From positions 149,608,001 through 149,672,000 of the forward strand of contig NC_058368.1 of NCBI RefSeq assembly GCF_018350175.1: a stretch of DNA of 64,000 nucleotides. Reading direction: 5' to 3'. Positions 52,295-64,000 of this stretch are shown here, piece by piece. Source of the stretch: Felis catus (Eukaryota). How positions within the stretch are numbered: the stretch's first letter is position 1; each line of letters starts with the position of its first letter. A program made the position numbers and the translations under genes. Below the pieces are notes generated by a model that saw only the letters and a list, made by a program, of their open reading frames with translations, did not search any database and was not told the origin of the DNA.

Positions 52295-52453
52295 GGTGCA
52301 CCTGGGTTAGGAGTAGAGTCTTTACTGTAAAGTTGATGGTATATCAACTCAGTCAGCTGAGTATCCAACTCTTGATTTCGGCTCAGGTCATGATCCCAGG
52401 GTCATGGGATAGAGCTGGCATCAGTCTCAATGCTGAGCATGGAGCCAGCTTGA

Positions 52454-52538
<85 letters not shown>

Positions 52539-52597
52539 TGCTTCTCTCCTCTGCTCATACATGCTCTTTCCCTCTCTCTCAAAAATAAAAAATAAAA
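52295..52597 (+). mobile_element. Can-SINE with a 38-bp insertion in its head and (CT)n(GT)n
   Basis: TSD aagaataa(ac/gg)tatcttttg. Confidence 0.92.
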
Positions 52598-53030
52598 AAG
52601 AATAAGGTATCTTTTGTCAAAATTCACATTGAACTTTAAAGAACTATTTCTTCAGAGGGTAATGAGCTAAACAGTCACTTGTGACAGTTATAAAAGAGAT
52701 TCTGAAAATCCACTCAACTTCTTATGCTCCCCTCCCCCAAATCTGAAATAAATTTGGCTAATTTCAAACAAATTAAGCAAAATAATTCCCTTTTGCAATT
52801 TTGGGATGATTTATTATAGTATCTTCTTGTCATGTGTCTGTTTCTAAAAACTCCTTTTCCCTGTATACCAAAATTAGCTTACTTTTATATAAAGGTCTTG
52901 CTTCCTTTATTTATTTTCTAGATCCCACCTCCTTGCTTTTTCAAAATTAGATTCTGGATGTATGCAAAATAGGATTATGTGTTTTATCTTCCTAACTTCA
53001 ACAGAGATGACTAGAAACTCTTACATGGCA

Positions 53031-53096
53031 GGGTGCCTGGGTAGCTCAGTCGGTTAAGCATCCAACTTTGGCTCCAGTCATGATCTCACAATTTGT
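53031..53096 (+). mobile_element. Tailless (3'-truncated) Can-SINE head
   Basis: 66-bp head only; flanked by aaactcttacatggc / aaactcttaaacagc. Confidence 0.85.
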
Positions 53097-56000
53097 AAAC
53101 TCTTAAACAGCTACTTATTCTACCTCTAATACAGGCCCCAAAAATCAACTGTGCATAAATCAGGACAGGTTTGTGTGATGCATGTAATAAGTTGTGGCAA
53201 GATCCTTGCAGAGGTTTTGATTAAAGCACAAACGAAAGACGATATTGCCTTGTTTATTCCAAACAACCTCCTATTATCAAAGCTTTTTTGTTAGTTTGTT
53301 TTTACTTTTGTCCTCTTTTTGCAACCTTTTCTGTTTCCCACCATATCTGAGTATTTGAACTATAATTTCTAGAAGGTCATCAGTGATCACTCATTGGTAT
53401 AACTCACATTCATCTGTGAATTCAACTGTGTGGCAGTTGGTAATCTCAATTACTTGATATAGTTCCCATAATATCATAAAAAGATTGCCTTTAAATAACT
53501 CTCTTCCATCTGCCTTAGATACCAATGGTGAAGAGGCTCCAAATTAATTGAGAGTTGTGGTTAAGAATGTTAATTAACTTGTTTATATCATACTTGTTTC
53601 CCAAACCTGAATGTGAAAACAAAATACAGTATAATTATTCTTTAGAATCTACCCCTGTGTCTCCATATAAATTTTGCACCTGCCTCAGATCTTTCTCTGG
53701 AGCTTTAAGATCTGTCAGCAACATTACACAACTACCTGTTAGAATTTAAAGAACCAATGGAACCATTCTGTGTGATTCCTGTGGTTTGTCTGAACACAGC
53801 TCTTCTCTTCCTGAAAGCACTAAGACAAACAGGTTTATAAGATAAAATGTAGCATTTGCATACAGTTCCCATTGATATATGGTCCCATCATTTACGAGTT
53901 GTTTTGCAGATTAAGGAACATAATAGGTACAGGGGTTATGAGGGAGATACTCTCTCCAAACCTCAAGGAGCTTCCTGTACAAAATGAAAAAAGTGTAGTG
54001 TCACAACACAATTTGTTCCTCTGAACGCCAATTTTCAGCAAGAGGTTATACAGGAAAAGGGTGAAATAAACATGGAACCTGTCTTCCAGGAGTTCACAGT
54101 CAAATAGGAGAGAGGAAGCAAAAAGGAAAAGGAAGCTGAAAATGACAAGTATTTTCAGTGAGGCATAAAATGCACTAGGATTGAAAGGAAGATAGCAATA
54201 TGATCAGGAATGCTCAGAGCTGAGCTTATGCTATTTTAACAAACAGTAATTATAAAAGGCTCTCAGAAATTTCTTTTTAGGAGAAGGATTCACAGATAAA
54301 AACTCTTCCAATGATATTAAAATTATTTTTCAATGTGTATCACGATAACAGGATACAGTGTACTTGATGGCTTATGCTAAATAGAAACACATTTGCATAG
54401 CATCTGATCTGCAGTTTTTTCAAATGTTTTTGTTGGAAGTTAACAGAAGCCTTCCAGGTGTCAGTGTTTTTGCTGAGAGACATTTTCCATTCCCGCATCT
54501 CTGCACAGAATGAGCATGACATTATATGCTAAAAGGACACTGTCAAATTTTAGTCTAAAAAGAATCCATATGATCTGTCAGATAATTTTTAACTCCAGAT
54601 ACAACTTCCATCAGCAAATGTAACATGAAAAATAAATATGCAAGTGGCTCTTAGGGCCCATGTGTTGAGCATTTAGAAAAATTAATCTTCTAGAGAGTTC
54701 TGTATTAGTGCTCTTCTGTGGCAAAACCATGCACATTGCACTCTAAAATATTCAATGTGATCTCTTTCTAGAGGACAGAACTTAGTAATTAAATCACAGG
54801 ATGAAAAAGAGAGAGAGATTACATGGTACAACCAAATGCTCTAATGTAATTCGTGTTTCATACCTTACATTTTTGGTCTTGTACATCTATAGATTTTATT
54901 TTGTCAGTTTTTCACTTTATCCAACAAGACTTCACATCCCTTAAAGGTTAGTACTGAATTGTCTTTGATTTCTCTACTGAAAGATTGTCTTCTTCCCCAT
55001 CCTTGTTACCTATCTAACTCCTACTTAGGACTAAACAAAAATGAACCCCAGAGGGACACAGGGTCAATATTAAGTATTTTATGAGCAAAAGATGGATGCA
55101 GGCTATCATCTAAAGAACAGACTTGTATATTAAAAGCTGCTCATTAAAAGCTAATCAGCTAATTAGCTAATTAAATGGTAATCACTCTCAATACACCAAA
55201 AGCCTGTTAACAAAGAAATTCAAATCTGTCATCCTGGGAGGTACTCAAAATTAGAAGCAGGAAAAACACACAGGTATCTGGAGATAAGAAGGAAGGTTCA
55301 GACCCAGGGCAGCTAAATGCATCCTGCTGAGTCCTTCCACCTCGCCCAGCACTGTTTTCCATGAGTCACCGGAATGTTTAGCTGCTTTCACTCGTGACAT
55401 CACAAAGGTGTCATTCTACCTCGGAGCCACCTCATCCTTTAAGGCTTTACTCAGAATCTACCTCCACCCCGTTTCCTTACTTTACATTTCCGATAATCTT
55501 CCAACTTCCTGTGCCATTTTCAGATCTATTCTCCACAATTGAAATGACTGTCTGATCACTTGTACCGTTAGGTAAACTGAAACAATAGTTTATAAAAAGA
55601 ACAACAGTTTATAAATAAAAGAAGAAGAAAACCAGGCTCAAAAAAAAACCTAGGCAAGGCTGGGGCAGACAATAAAAGGTAGGCAAGTGAGTGGGTCAGC
55701 CCCAGTAAAATTCAGATCATAAGGTGGAGCCTGGAACTAATGAAGCCTTCCACAAAGGAAGCATTTTCTACACCAAAAGATAAGGTCAAAGCTAAAGTCA
55801 AAGTGGTAGTTCACAACCACTTATTAGACAAGGCCAAGAGGGCAGTAAAGTAGTGAATATTACAGTAGGCAGCAGACTTGGAATCCAGAGAGATTCTAAG
55901 AAGCCAATTTTCAGGTGTGTTGTGAAGGATAAATGATAGTGTGTGTCTAAGTAGGTCCCCATTCTTTTCCCCAACAGTATATTCTTTGTGATCTCGCCCA

Positions 56001-56929
56001 AGAATCTTGACAATATGACCTCATGTGGAATCTTTAAAGAGATCTATTTAAAGCAAGTCACGCCTGATTTGAGGACATGGAAAGACCCATAATCTTGCCA
56101 TACCCATGATGGGGAAGTGAGCCCCTAAAAGCAGGGATCATAGCAGAGCACTTTGATTTTTCTGCTTCTTATTCCTAAACCCAATGTAGAAAAAAGAAAT
56201 GTGGAAAAACGTAGGATTTTGGCACATATTTAAAGGTAGGTTATTTTTAAATGTACTATTAAGTTATCATTGGACACACTGTTTATAAAAGAATTAACAT
56301 CTCCAGTTTTTTCAATTCTGTGTTCTTATGCCCTTCCTATGCTTTGCAGTGTTTGATTGCCTTTATTGAGCTCGATAGGTGCTGCCCTACCACGACCCCC
56401 TGCAGAGTTATCACATAACCATTTTTGAAGAATTAAGTAAATTATAAAAGTATGTTTCACATATTCCACACTTATCCCCCACCTGCAGCCACTGGCTGGC
56501 ATTTCTTTCTGCTTTGAAATAGCAATTTCTGATCCCCAGAGGCTTATCAGAGTGAAACACACTTTCCTCATTCGTGTATCCAGAGGGCTAAATCAGCAAT
56601 ACCTGGCCTTTTTTTTTTTAAAGAAAGTTGTTGAAATTCCTCCAATACCCTATAAAAGTATTAATGGTTATATAAAAGTAAAATAACATTGAATTTGAAC
56701 TTTTGATTGCCTTTTAGTGAATTAGATAGACAAAACTTTTAACCACAAAAACATAATGCACATAAAAAATAAAATTAATGAGTGAATTAAAACTGTGAAC
56801 ACATAAATGAATAAAACCATAAACTTGGTCAATACTAAAGTGAGAGGAGAACACAAACCATGTTCATCTTTCAGGAGGTAAACCTCCACAACTAGGTTCA
56901 CTACAAAGTCTCCTAACAGACCCTTGATA

Positions 56930-57240
56930 CTACAAGTTATTGTCCTTTTTCTTTCTTTTAATGATACAATAGCACAAGTTATTGAGCTGGATATGTGGGC
57001 ACAAAGCCAAAGAGGACATTAGCCAGCCTCCCTTGCAGCTACATGTGGTCAAATACTGAGCTTTGGCCAATGAGATAGGCCTCTAAGTAGTATATGGCAA
57101 ATCTTTAAACGTTTGGTGACCTTAAACCTTTGGTGCCCTTTCTCCATTCCTACAGGTTGGAATATAATCATGCTAGAGGCCACCATGTAAATAAGGACAA
57201 GGACAACTGACACAACTGACCTTAAGTAAAACACCTCAGC
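56930..57240 (+). mobile_element. MLT1-type LTR relic
   Basis: ccagcctcccttgcagctacatgtggtcaaatactgagctttggccaatgagata. Confidence 0.65.
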
Positions 57241-57255
57241 TACTACTATAATTAT

Positions 57256-57483
57256 GGGGCACCCTGTGGCTCAGTCATTTAAGTGTTGGACTCTTGATTT
57301 TGGCTGAGGTCACAGTCTCATGGGTTGGTAAGATAGAGCCCTGTGTGGGGCTCTGCACTGACAGTGGGTAACCTGCTTGGGATTCTCTCCCTCCCTCCCT
57401 CTCTGCCCCTCCCCACACCTGTGCACTCCCTTGTGCACGTGCTCACTCTGTCTCAAAATAAATAAACATTTAAAAGTAAATAA
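57256..57483 (+). mobile_element. Can-SINE
   Basis: Head, CT-rich segment, A tail. Confidence 0.93.
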
Positions 57484-57580
57484 ATACCACAATTATTACA
57501 TTGTAATATATGTATTAAAACCACTATTTCTTACATGATAATATTAAAATTTTGTTCTAGCTTTTGAAAAAATACATATT

Positions 57581-57686
57581 AAGGAAAGGAAAGGAAAGGA
57601 AAGGAAAGGAAAGGAAAGGAAAGGAAAGGAAAGGAAAGGAAAGGAAAGGAAAGGAAAGGAAAGGAAAGGAAAAGGAAAGGAAAGGA
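57581..57686. repeat. (AAAGG)n pentanucleotide microsatellite
   Basis: About 20 nearly perfect units seen directly. Confidence 0.98.
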
Positions 57687-58619
57687 GCTCAGAGAGACAG
57701 AGAAAGGGAAGGAAAGAGCTTGGCTCAACCTCTGAAAGGCCCTGACCTGGCTTTAGCTCTCAGCTGCCCACTGGGATTTCATCCCCCGCACATTCATATG
57801 TGTCCTAATGAAGTTTGTGGTTTCAAAGGAGTGAAGTAGAACTAACAAGTAAATGGACAATACTGAGAAGACTGGCCAGAGAGATACAGAGGTGGGAGAT
57901 TTCTTTCAAATGGAAAAAGGGTCAGAGGAGGACATGACATTTAAGTTGGCTTCAGAATATATTTTGTGTAAACTGAATAATGTGAACATAAGAGAAAGGG
58001 ACAACATGGAAAAGCATGGGGAAAGAAAAAGAGAAGAAGAAAGTCACTTCTTCAATGACTTCAATAAAGAAAACACTGTGCTCTGTGAACAGACAAGGCC
58101 ACTTCTTCATAGCCCTCTACTGTCTCATATATTCCACATATAACACCATTCTATTTCTAGAGATTCATTTTTGGGGAATTAAGCAAAACTGTCAATAGAG
58201 TAATATATTAGGTCTGTGTCAGTTGTGAAAAACTCTTTATCAGTTGCCTTGTGTGACTGAGAAGAGAGGGAATAGACAGAATAAGCAGGCGAGTGTTGAT
58301 GGTGCAGTACAGGGAAGGCCCCTAGGGGTGGTTCTGTGGGCAAGGATGGACTTGGTGATGATTGGATAGAGCTTGAGGTGGGCCACACAGACTGGCCATG
58401 ACATACACACAGCAGAGACTATGATAAATCAAATGCCTAATGTTGCCTATATTGCTACTTTTCCCAGAGCCATCGTAGAAAGAAAGCAAATATAAAAAAA
58501 AGGGAATTGTGGTTATTCAGTACCTAAATGTAAGAAGAAGGCAAGGACTTTGTCTAATTTGTCTCTGCTTTATCCCAGAGCCTACAACACTGACTGGCAC
58601 TCAAATATCCTAGGGCTGT

Positions 58620-58830
58620 GTAAACACATGCCTACCCTGTGTCAGCCCTGTGCTTGGTACTTTACCTACATTAGCTCATGTACGTCTCACCCATAAACAC
58701 GGATGAGGAAATTGAGGTACACAGAGAATAAGAGTCTTGCCCGAGGTCATCCAGCCAGTGAATGGCAGTGCCAGAATTCAAATCCTAGTCTCATTGACTA
58801 AGGCCAGTGCTATTATCTACTGTGAAACAC
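58620..58830 (-). mobile_element. MIR
   Basis: ggatgaggaaattgaggtacacagag...ttgcccgaggtcatccagccagtgaatggcagtgccagaattcaaatcc. Confidence 0.85.
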
Positions 58831-59879
58831 TTCTTCACTAGACAGGAAACCAGACTATGACTATAGCACACAATAATCTCAGTTTGGCACAACTCCCCCT
58901 GATAGCATCATCAGATGCGAACTGGAAGAACCAGTTTTAAGGAAGGGTGAGGGGGTGTGGAATATACAGTGAAGCTGAACAATCAGGCTGACTGTATTTT
59001 ATGGTCTCTGATTTGGTTCGCCCAAAGTTGAATCAGGACCCGAATTAGTTCAAAGCACAAACGAGAAGTTATTTTTATTTCTGCCTCTCTCTGGGGTTTA
59101 GAATTCTGTAGAGGAAAAACGAAAACTATTCCTTCATTAAGCAGGTGGCATCAAAATCTATCACATCAGTGTTGAAAAGCACCAAGTAATTTCTTAGTTT
59201 CAGAGACTTCAATTTGCCACTAGTGAAATTCCAAGAAGGCTGCAATAACCTCAGAAATTACTCAGTTACTCAGAAATATTTTGGTGGTTCTTTGGCTGAC
59301 TTAAACCAAGTTATTTCTATATCTAATAATTTCTATTAATCATCCTGAGCTCAAAGACATATACTTTCCTCCAGGACACTACAAGAGAATAAATGGTAGA
59401 AGAATGATAAGATAGCATGAATAAGTGAGAGGAAATGTATGTTACACAGGACCCTTCATTTTGTATTCATCACTAATGGATGCTGGCAGGTGACATTGTG
59501 CATGCAGACTACTAAGTCGGCTGCTGACTGTTTCTACTGAACACCAGAGAAGTGTGATGCAACAGACACTAAACTGACCGCCAGCCTAGTATTAGCTAGT
59601 AAAGAACGGAAATGAGTCATCCATGTTCACCCACACTCTTGAAACGAAACCTGAAAGGGAAAAGTCTCATACAAAAATCCAGCTCCATCTTGTTTTTTGC
59701 CCTGCCCGCATCTGCTAGAACAGTCCCTGACCTGAAGGTTTATGGCACAGATGTTTAATAAATATTTATGGAATGAATAAATAAATGAATGTTTTCCCAT
59801 TATTCCCTCAATCTAGGAATATTCAGGATGGCAAGAACAAGAGAGCAATGCTGTTGACCCACAGAACTCTTGAGTTTGT

Positions 59880-60690
59880 TGAGATTGCAGATAGACTTGT
59901 ATCAAGATCCACTTAGACATCTAATAGGCATTGTTAATTCATCATATCCAAAACATAACTTCTAATTTCCTCCCCTATAAATTGGTTTCCCCCAATCTTC
60001 TCTCAGTAAATGTGCTTCCGTCTAGCCAGCTGCTTGGGGCAAAATCCTAGAAGTGATATTTGATTCCTCTCTTCCCCTCATTCCCGATACTCAAACCCTT
60101 AGTGAGTAAACTCTGCTTCCAAACTTTATCATGAATCTAATCGCTTTACCACCTCCACTAAGACCACCCTTTGTCAAACATCTGGACTACTGCGATAGCC
60201 TCTCATTTGTTCCCCGCTTCCAAATTCATCCTTGTGCAATTTAATCTTCATCTAGTTCTGTATTAGGTAATTTCTTAATTTCAGAAACTGATCATTTTAA
60301 TAGTAAATATTATTTCACTCTGCTTATAACTCTCCAATGCCCTCGTGTTGTACTTTGAACAGGAGTCTAATTTCCCATCGCTTCCAGGCCATGTGTGGTC
60401 AGGTCTCCTCACTGTCTCTCTGACTTCCTCATCTACCACACTGCCCCTTCCACCCTTGCCATGCTGGCTTGCTTGCTTCTTTTTGAACATTTACATTGTA
60501 AGGTCTTCCAATAGTTGTTTCTCTGTATGGAATGCCCTTCCTCCAGGTCTTCACGTGGCTAGTTCATATCCTTATCTGGGAAGTCTTTCAGGAGTGAAAT
60601 TGACCCTTAGGACAATACCCGCACATCAGGTATATTCTGTCAAGCCATCCTGTTTTATTTTTTCCATAGAAATTAAAACTCTCTGAAAAT
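59880..60690 (+). mobile_element. L2 fragment
   Basis: ctaataggcattg...tccaaaacataac; ctggactactgcgatagcctc; ctctgtatggaatgcccttcctccag. Confidence 0.75.
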
Positions 60691-60702
60691 ACATTATGAA
60701 TA

Positions 60703-60944
60703 TAATAAAACCTTGGATTGTGGGTAACTTGTTCTGCAAGTATTCTTCAAGATGAGCAAAGATTTATAATAAATTTTCACTTGATAAATGAGCAATGCCT
60801 CACAACACAACTAGTATGTGATGCAGAACATCACATGATCACCAGTGAGCCACTGGTGATGTGAAATTCACTTTGATGTATAAGTGCTTTGGATTAAAAG
60901 CATGTTTCTGGAATGAATTCTGCCTGCAAACCAAGGTTTTATTG
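60703..60944. mobile_element. TcMar-Tigger-like MITE
   Basis: Terminal inverted repeats taataaaaccttggattg / caaaccaaggttttattg, TA on both sides. Confidence 0.85.
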
Positions 60945-61965
60945 TATATGCTCCCTTGACTAATGTATGTCTCCCACCTAGGAAGTAATTTGATAGAAGT
61001 AGGGATCATATGAGCCTTGTTCTTCATCATATCTTCTAAACTTCGAAAAATGTTTATTGAATGAATGAATGTTCTCTGGAAGTCTTTGAGCAGTTTTTGT
61101 GTCTGTATTTGGTACTTTCATTGAGTAATTGGTCAATATTTTCTAGGGACCCTGCTAGCAGGATAGAAACTGTGATTGAGACCCAGTCCTTGTATATTGG
61201 TTTTAGAGAAGAATATGATAGCCCTCTCTTCACTTTTAAACTGCCAGTGTATCACAGAGCCAATTCTGACACATCTATATCAAAAATTAATTTCCTCAAT
61301 TCTGTGTGTATACCATTCAATTTTTCTTCTAAATATTATCCACATCCAGCATGGCCATTACAGCTAAGTGATTCTTTTAATCACACATTTCCCACTGCAA
61401 CTCTGCCTCCCCCCCAACCTCATTTTTACTTATAATAATTTCCTAAATGTAAGCCATTTCGTTTTAAATGCTGGCAGAAAAAAAAGAAATTATTCTTTGC
61501 AATGGCAGAGGTATCTCTTGTTACTTAACGAAGTGCTTCTTCAGTAGTTAAGTTCTCATTAGAAAGCTAACTTTCCAGAGTAGTTCAGAGATGCCATTTA
61601 GGATGATTTCATGTTACTGAGCCAGTGTGCAGTATCGTGACACCCTGAGGCTACTTGCCCTGCAGTGTCACGAAATGACAACCCTGTCCTAATCATCACT
61701 AAATAATATGAACCCATAAGCCTGATCTTCAAAGTCTAAGAGTACAGCCTGCTGCTACACGAGGAGAGATATGTTTTTTTAAATCATTTTTAATGAGTTT
61801 TAGCTTTATTGCAATAACCAAACCTTCATATTTAAATTAGTTGCATTAGCTGTCACTGCAAACAAACTGCATTCATATTTTTAGATTTATTTCACAGTAC
61901 TCCTCATTTGCCCACCTGTCTATCTACTTATACTATATTACAGTACAATTCTGATAGGATATATT

Positions 61966-62180
61966 TTTAAAATTTTTTTAATTTACTGAGAGAAAGAGAG
62001 AGAAGAGCTTGAATGGGCAAGGGGCAGAGAGAGAGAGAGAGAGAGTCACAAAATCTGAAGCAGATTCCAGGCTCTAAGCTGTCAGCATAGAGCCCAATGC
62101 AGGGCTTGAACTCACGAACTGTGAGATCATGACCTGAGCTGAAGTCAGACACTTAACCGACTGAGCCACGCAGGCACCCC
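61966..62180 (-). mobile_element. Can-SINE
   Basis: TSD aggatatat. Confidence 0.95.
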
Positions 62181-62353
62181 AGGATATATATATTTTTTAA
62201 TCTCTGTTTTGGAGTGAATGGTAAAACACAAAGTGAAAAGGCAAATAAATTCTAGAGAAGAAAAATCAATCTAGAATTCTAAGAGGTAGACAACCAAAAA
62301 ATAAATAAGAAAAGTAAGAAGAACAAAAGCTATTCAAGTAATAGTCTTCAATA

Positions 62354-63268
62354 TTTTTGTTTTTTAAATAAAACTTTGTATTATTTTTGTTGAAAACTGC
62401 ACTGAATGCAAATTTCCACTTTCACATGAAACAAATATGGTGATGATAATTCACACTGAAAGAAAACACTAAAGCAAACCTGTTTCTGATAGTTAATGTT
62501 TAAGTTTGTTTTTTGGTCACAAAAACAGGCATGTACCTATACAAAGGCTGAAAATAGGACATTTTTTTTAAGGTAATGATTCACAAAAGACTATAAATTT
62601 AACATGTAACTGGTTAATACAACTCTAATAATAATTGTTCAAATAGTCACATCTTACAGCACATCTGAAGTGTTCTTATAAATATTACAGGGAGAAAATA
62701 ATATTTTCTTAAAGTCTAAAAGAGTGAGTTTGTCCATAGACTAAATGACCATAAAAAGTCTTTCCTGAGACATTAAAAAAAACGCATCGTTATTCTCCGT
62801 GAAACTTTTCAATTCAAAACTTTCCACATAATAAAATAACTGAGGATCTGAAACTGAGAAAATAGATTTGGGAAGAAACTATTTGTGACACTTGATACTT
62901 TTTCTTTATTTCTTTATTTTTTTTTTCATCATCCAAGGGTATCACCACACTTACAACAACCTTTCCTGTTTAGCGTGCATTTCAGGTGTTAGAGACACCT
63001 CTCCACAGGATACCCTACTGTCTTCAGTGCTATCTCAGTGCTCTGCTTACAACTGCCTAACACAGCCCAAGAATTTTTTGTGGTAATTTAATCTTCCTAT
63101 CAGCAAAGTAGGTCACCAACCTTCATGTATCATAGGATGGGGATTTCCTCTTCATATTTTTATTTTAATGTTTGGAACTCCTTTTGCAACATTCTAGAGC
63201 AAGGCGCTCAGGACCTGCTGTGCCCAAGGGACTGACAAAGGAAGAGGATCTATTTATTACTTGTGCAG
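62354..63268 (-). pseudogene. Candidate processed-mRNA 3' fragment (parent gene not identified)
   Basis: Repeat-free UTR-like sequence ending in an A-rich tail on the minus strand; GC-richer upstream part with stops in all frames; weak TSD (9/13). Confidence 0.3.
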
Positions 63269-63298
63269 AGATACAGTCTTTAAAAACAATGTTATTAT

Positions 63299-63410
63299 GG
63301 GCTCCCAAGTGGCTCATTCGGTTGAGCATCCAACTCTTAATTTCGGCTCAGGTCATAATCTCACGGTTCATGGGATCGAGCCTGCATCGGGCTTCACTTT
63401 GATCATGCAG
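63299..63410 (+). mobile_element. 3'-truncated Can-SINE
   Basis: Head present; (CT)n and tail absent; no TSD seen. Confidence 0.85.
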
Positions 63411-64000
63411 CCCCCAATTTCATGGTAATGAGACAACTTTTCATCAAAGAAGGAAAATTTACTTTAATGGCTTCCTAAAATGTACTGAGCTTCGATAAAG
63501 GTTATTATGAAACATCTCCCTAAACAATGTCTATGAGCATACTCAGTTAAATTTTGTATATACAGATGTTAGGATCTCATGGGATTTATTCCACCTTGAA
63601 AAAAACAAATATTGAGACAAGATAATGGCTTGCAATGTCTTAGCATTAATTGATTTTTTTTCTTACAGTTTCTAACCACATCCTCTACCAAACTACTCTC
63701 CTGTAGTTTCTGTATGTTTCTTGTAAGCAGCGATGATCTTCAAATATTCAAATATTATTTTTAATGATCTAATAGTTATAAGTTAAAGAAGTATAAAATA
63801 ACATAAGGTATTAGTAATTATCATTATACTTTGAATAATATTTCCTACTTTATTATGGCTGAATTATGATCTTTAAGAACACAGCCGCAGTTGCTTTTTC
63901 CACATGTTCTGTAAGCAAACACCACAAATTATATCTACTGTTAGTGAGTGTACTATCTCCTTTTGACACTGATACCACAAAGATTTGTGTGCCAATAATA

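Noticed and set aside
56326..56571. Signal-peptide-bearing first exon (MRKVCFTLISLWG...)
   Set aside because: Hydrophobic core is short, the donor is weak and there is no homology I recognise.
57564..57839. Lys/Arg-rich repeat protein (KGKER)n
   Set aside because: Translation of the (AAAGG)n microsatellite.
60839..61030. Minus-strand exon with a good acceptor
   Set aside because: The body lies mostly in the Tigger-like MITE.
2170..63402. Recurring peptide family (AQSVKxxTLAQVMIS...LEPASDSVSPSL) as a multigene family
   Set aside because: All are translations of Can-SINE sequence.

Overview
AT-rich, CpG-depleted, repeat-dense mammalian DNA. The tRNA-derived Can-SINEs (SINEC_Fc type) point to a carnivore, most likely a felid. 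I found no protein-coding gene I could identify, and no rRNA, tRNA gene or CRISPR array. The ORFs in the track come from SINEs, microsatellites, chance frames or broken L1 ORF2. The window holds about 26 Can-SINEs (many with visible target-site duplications, TSDs), several L1 fragments, a split Tigger1, a Tigger-like MITE, MER5A, MaLR LTRs, and MIR/L2 relics. The most interesting structure is a multi-layer nest at about 10.4-17.2 kb: old L1 > Tigger1 > ERV1-like piece > L1 and SINEs. The ERV piece seems to start at the LTR R region just after an L1-endonuclease-like site, suggesting an L1-retrotransposed (processed) ERV transcript. Other leads are a tailless SINE, a possible processed-mRNA 3' end at 62.35-63.28 kb, two enhancer-like motif clusters and some exon-like segments with broken frames. 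Repeat family names come from recalled consensus sequences, and boundaries of old repeats are approximate. I see no convincing evidence of a novel biological system.
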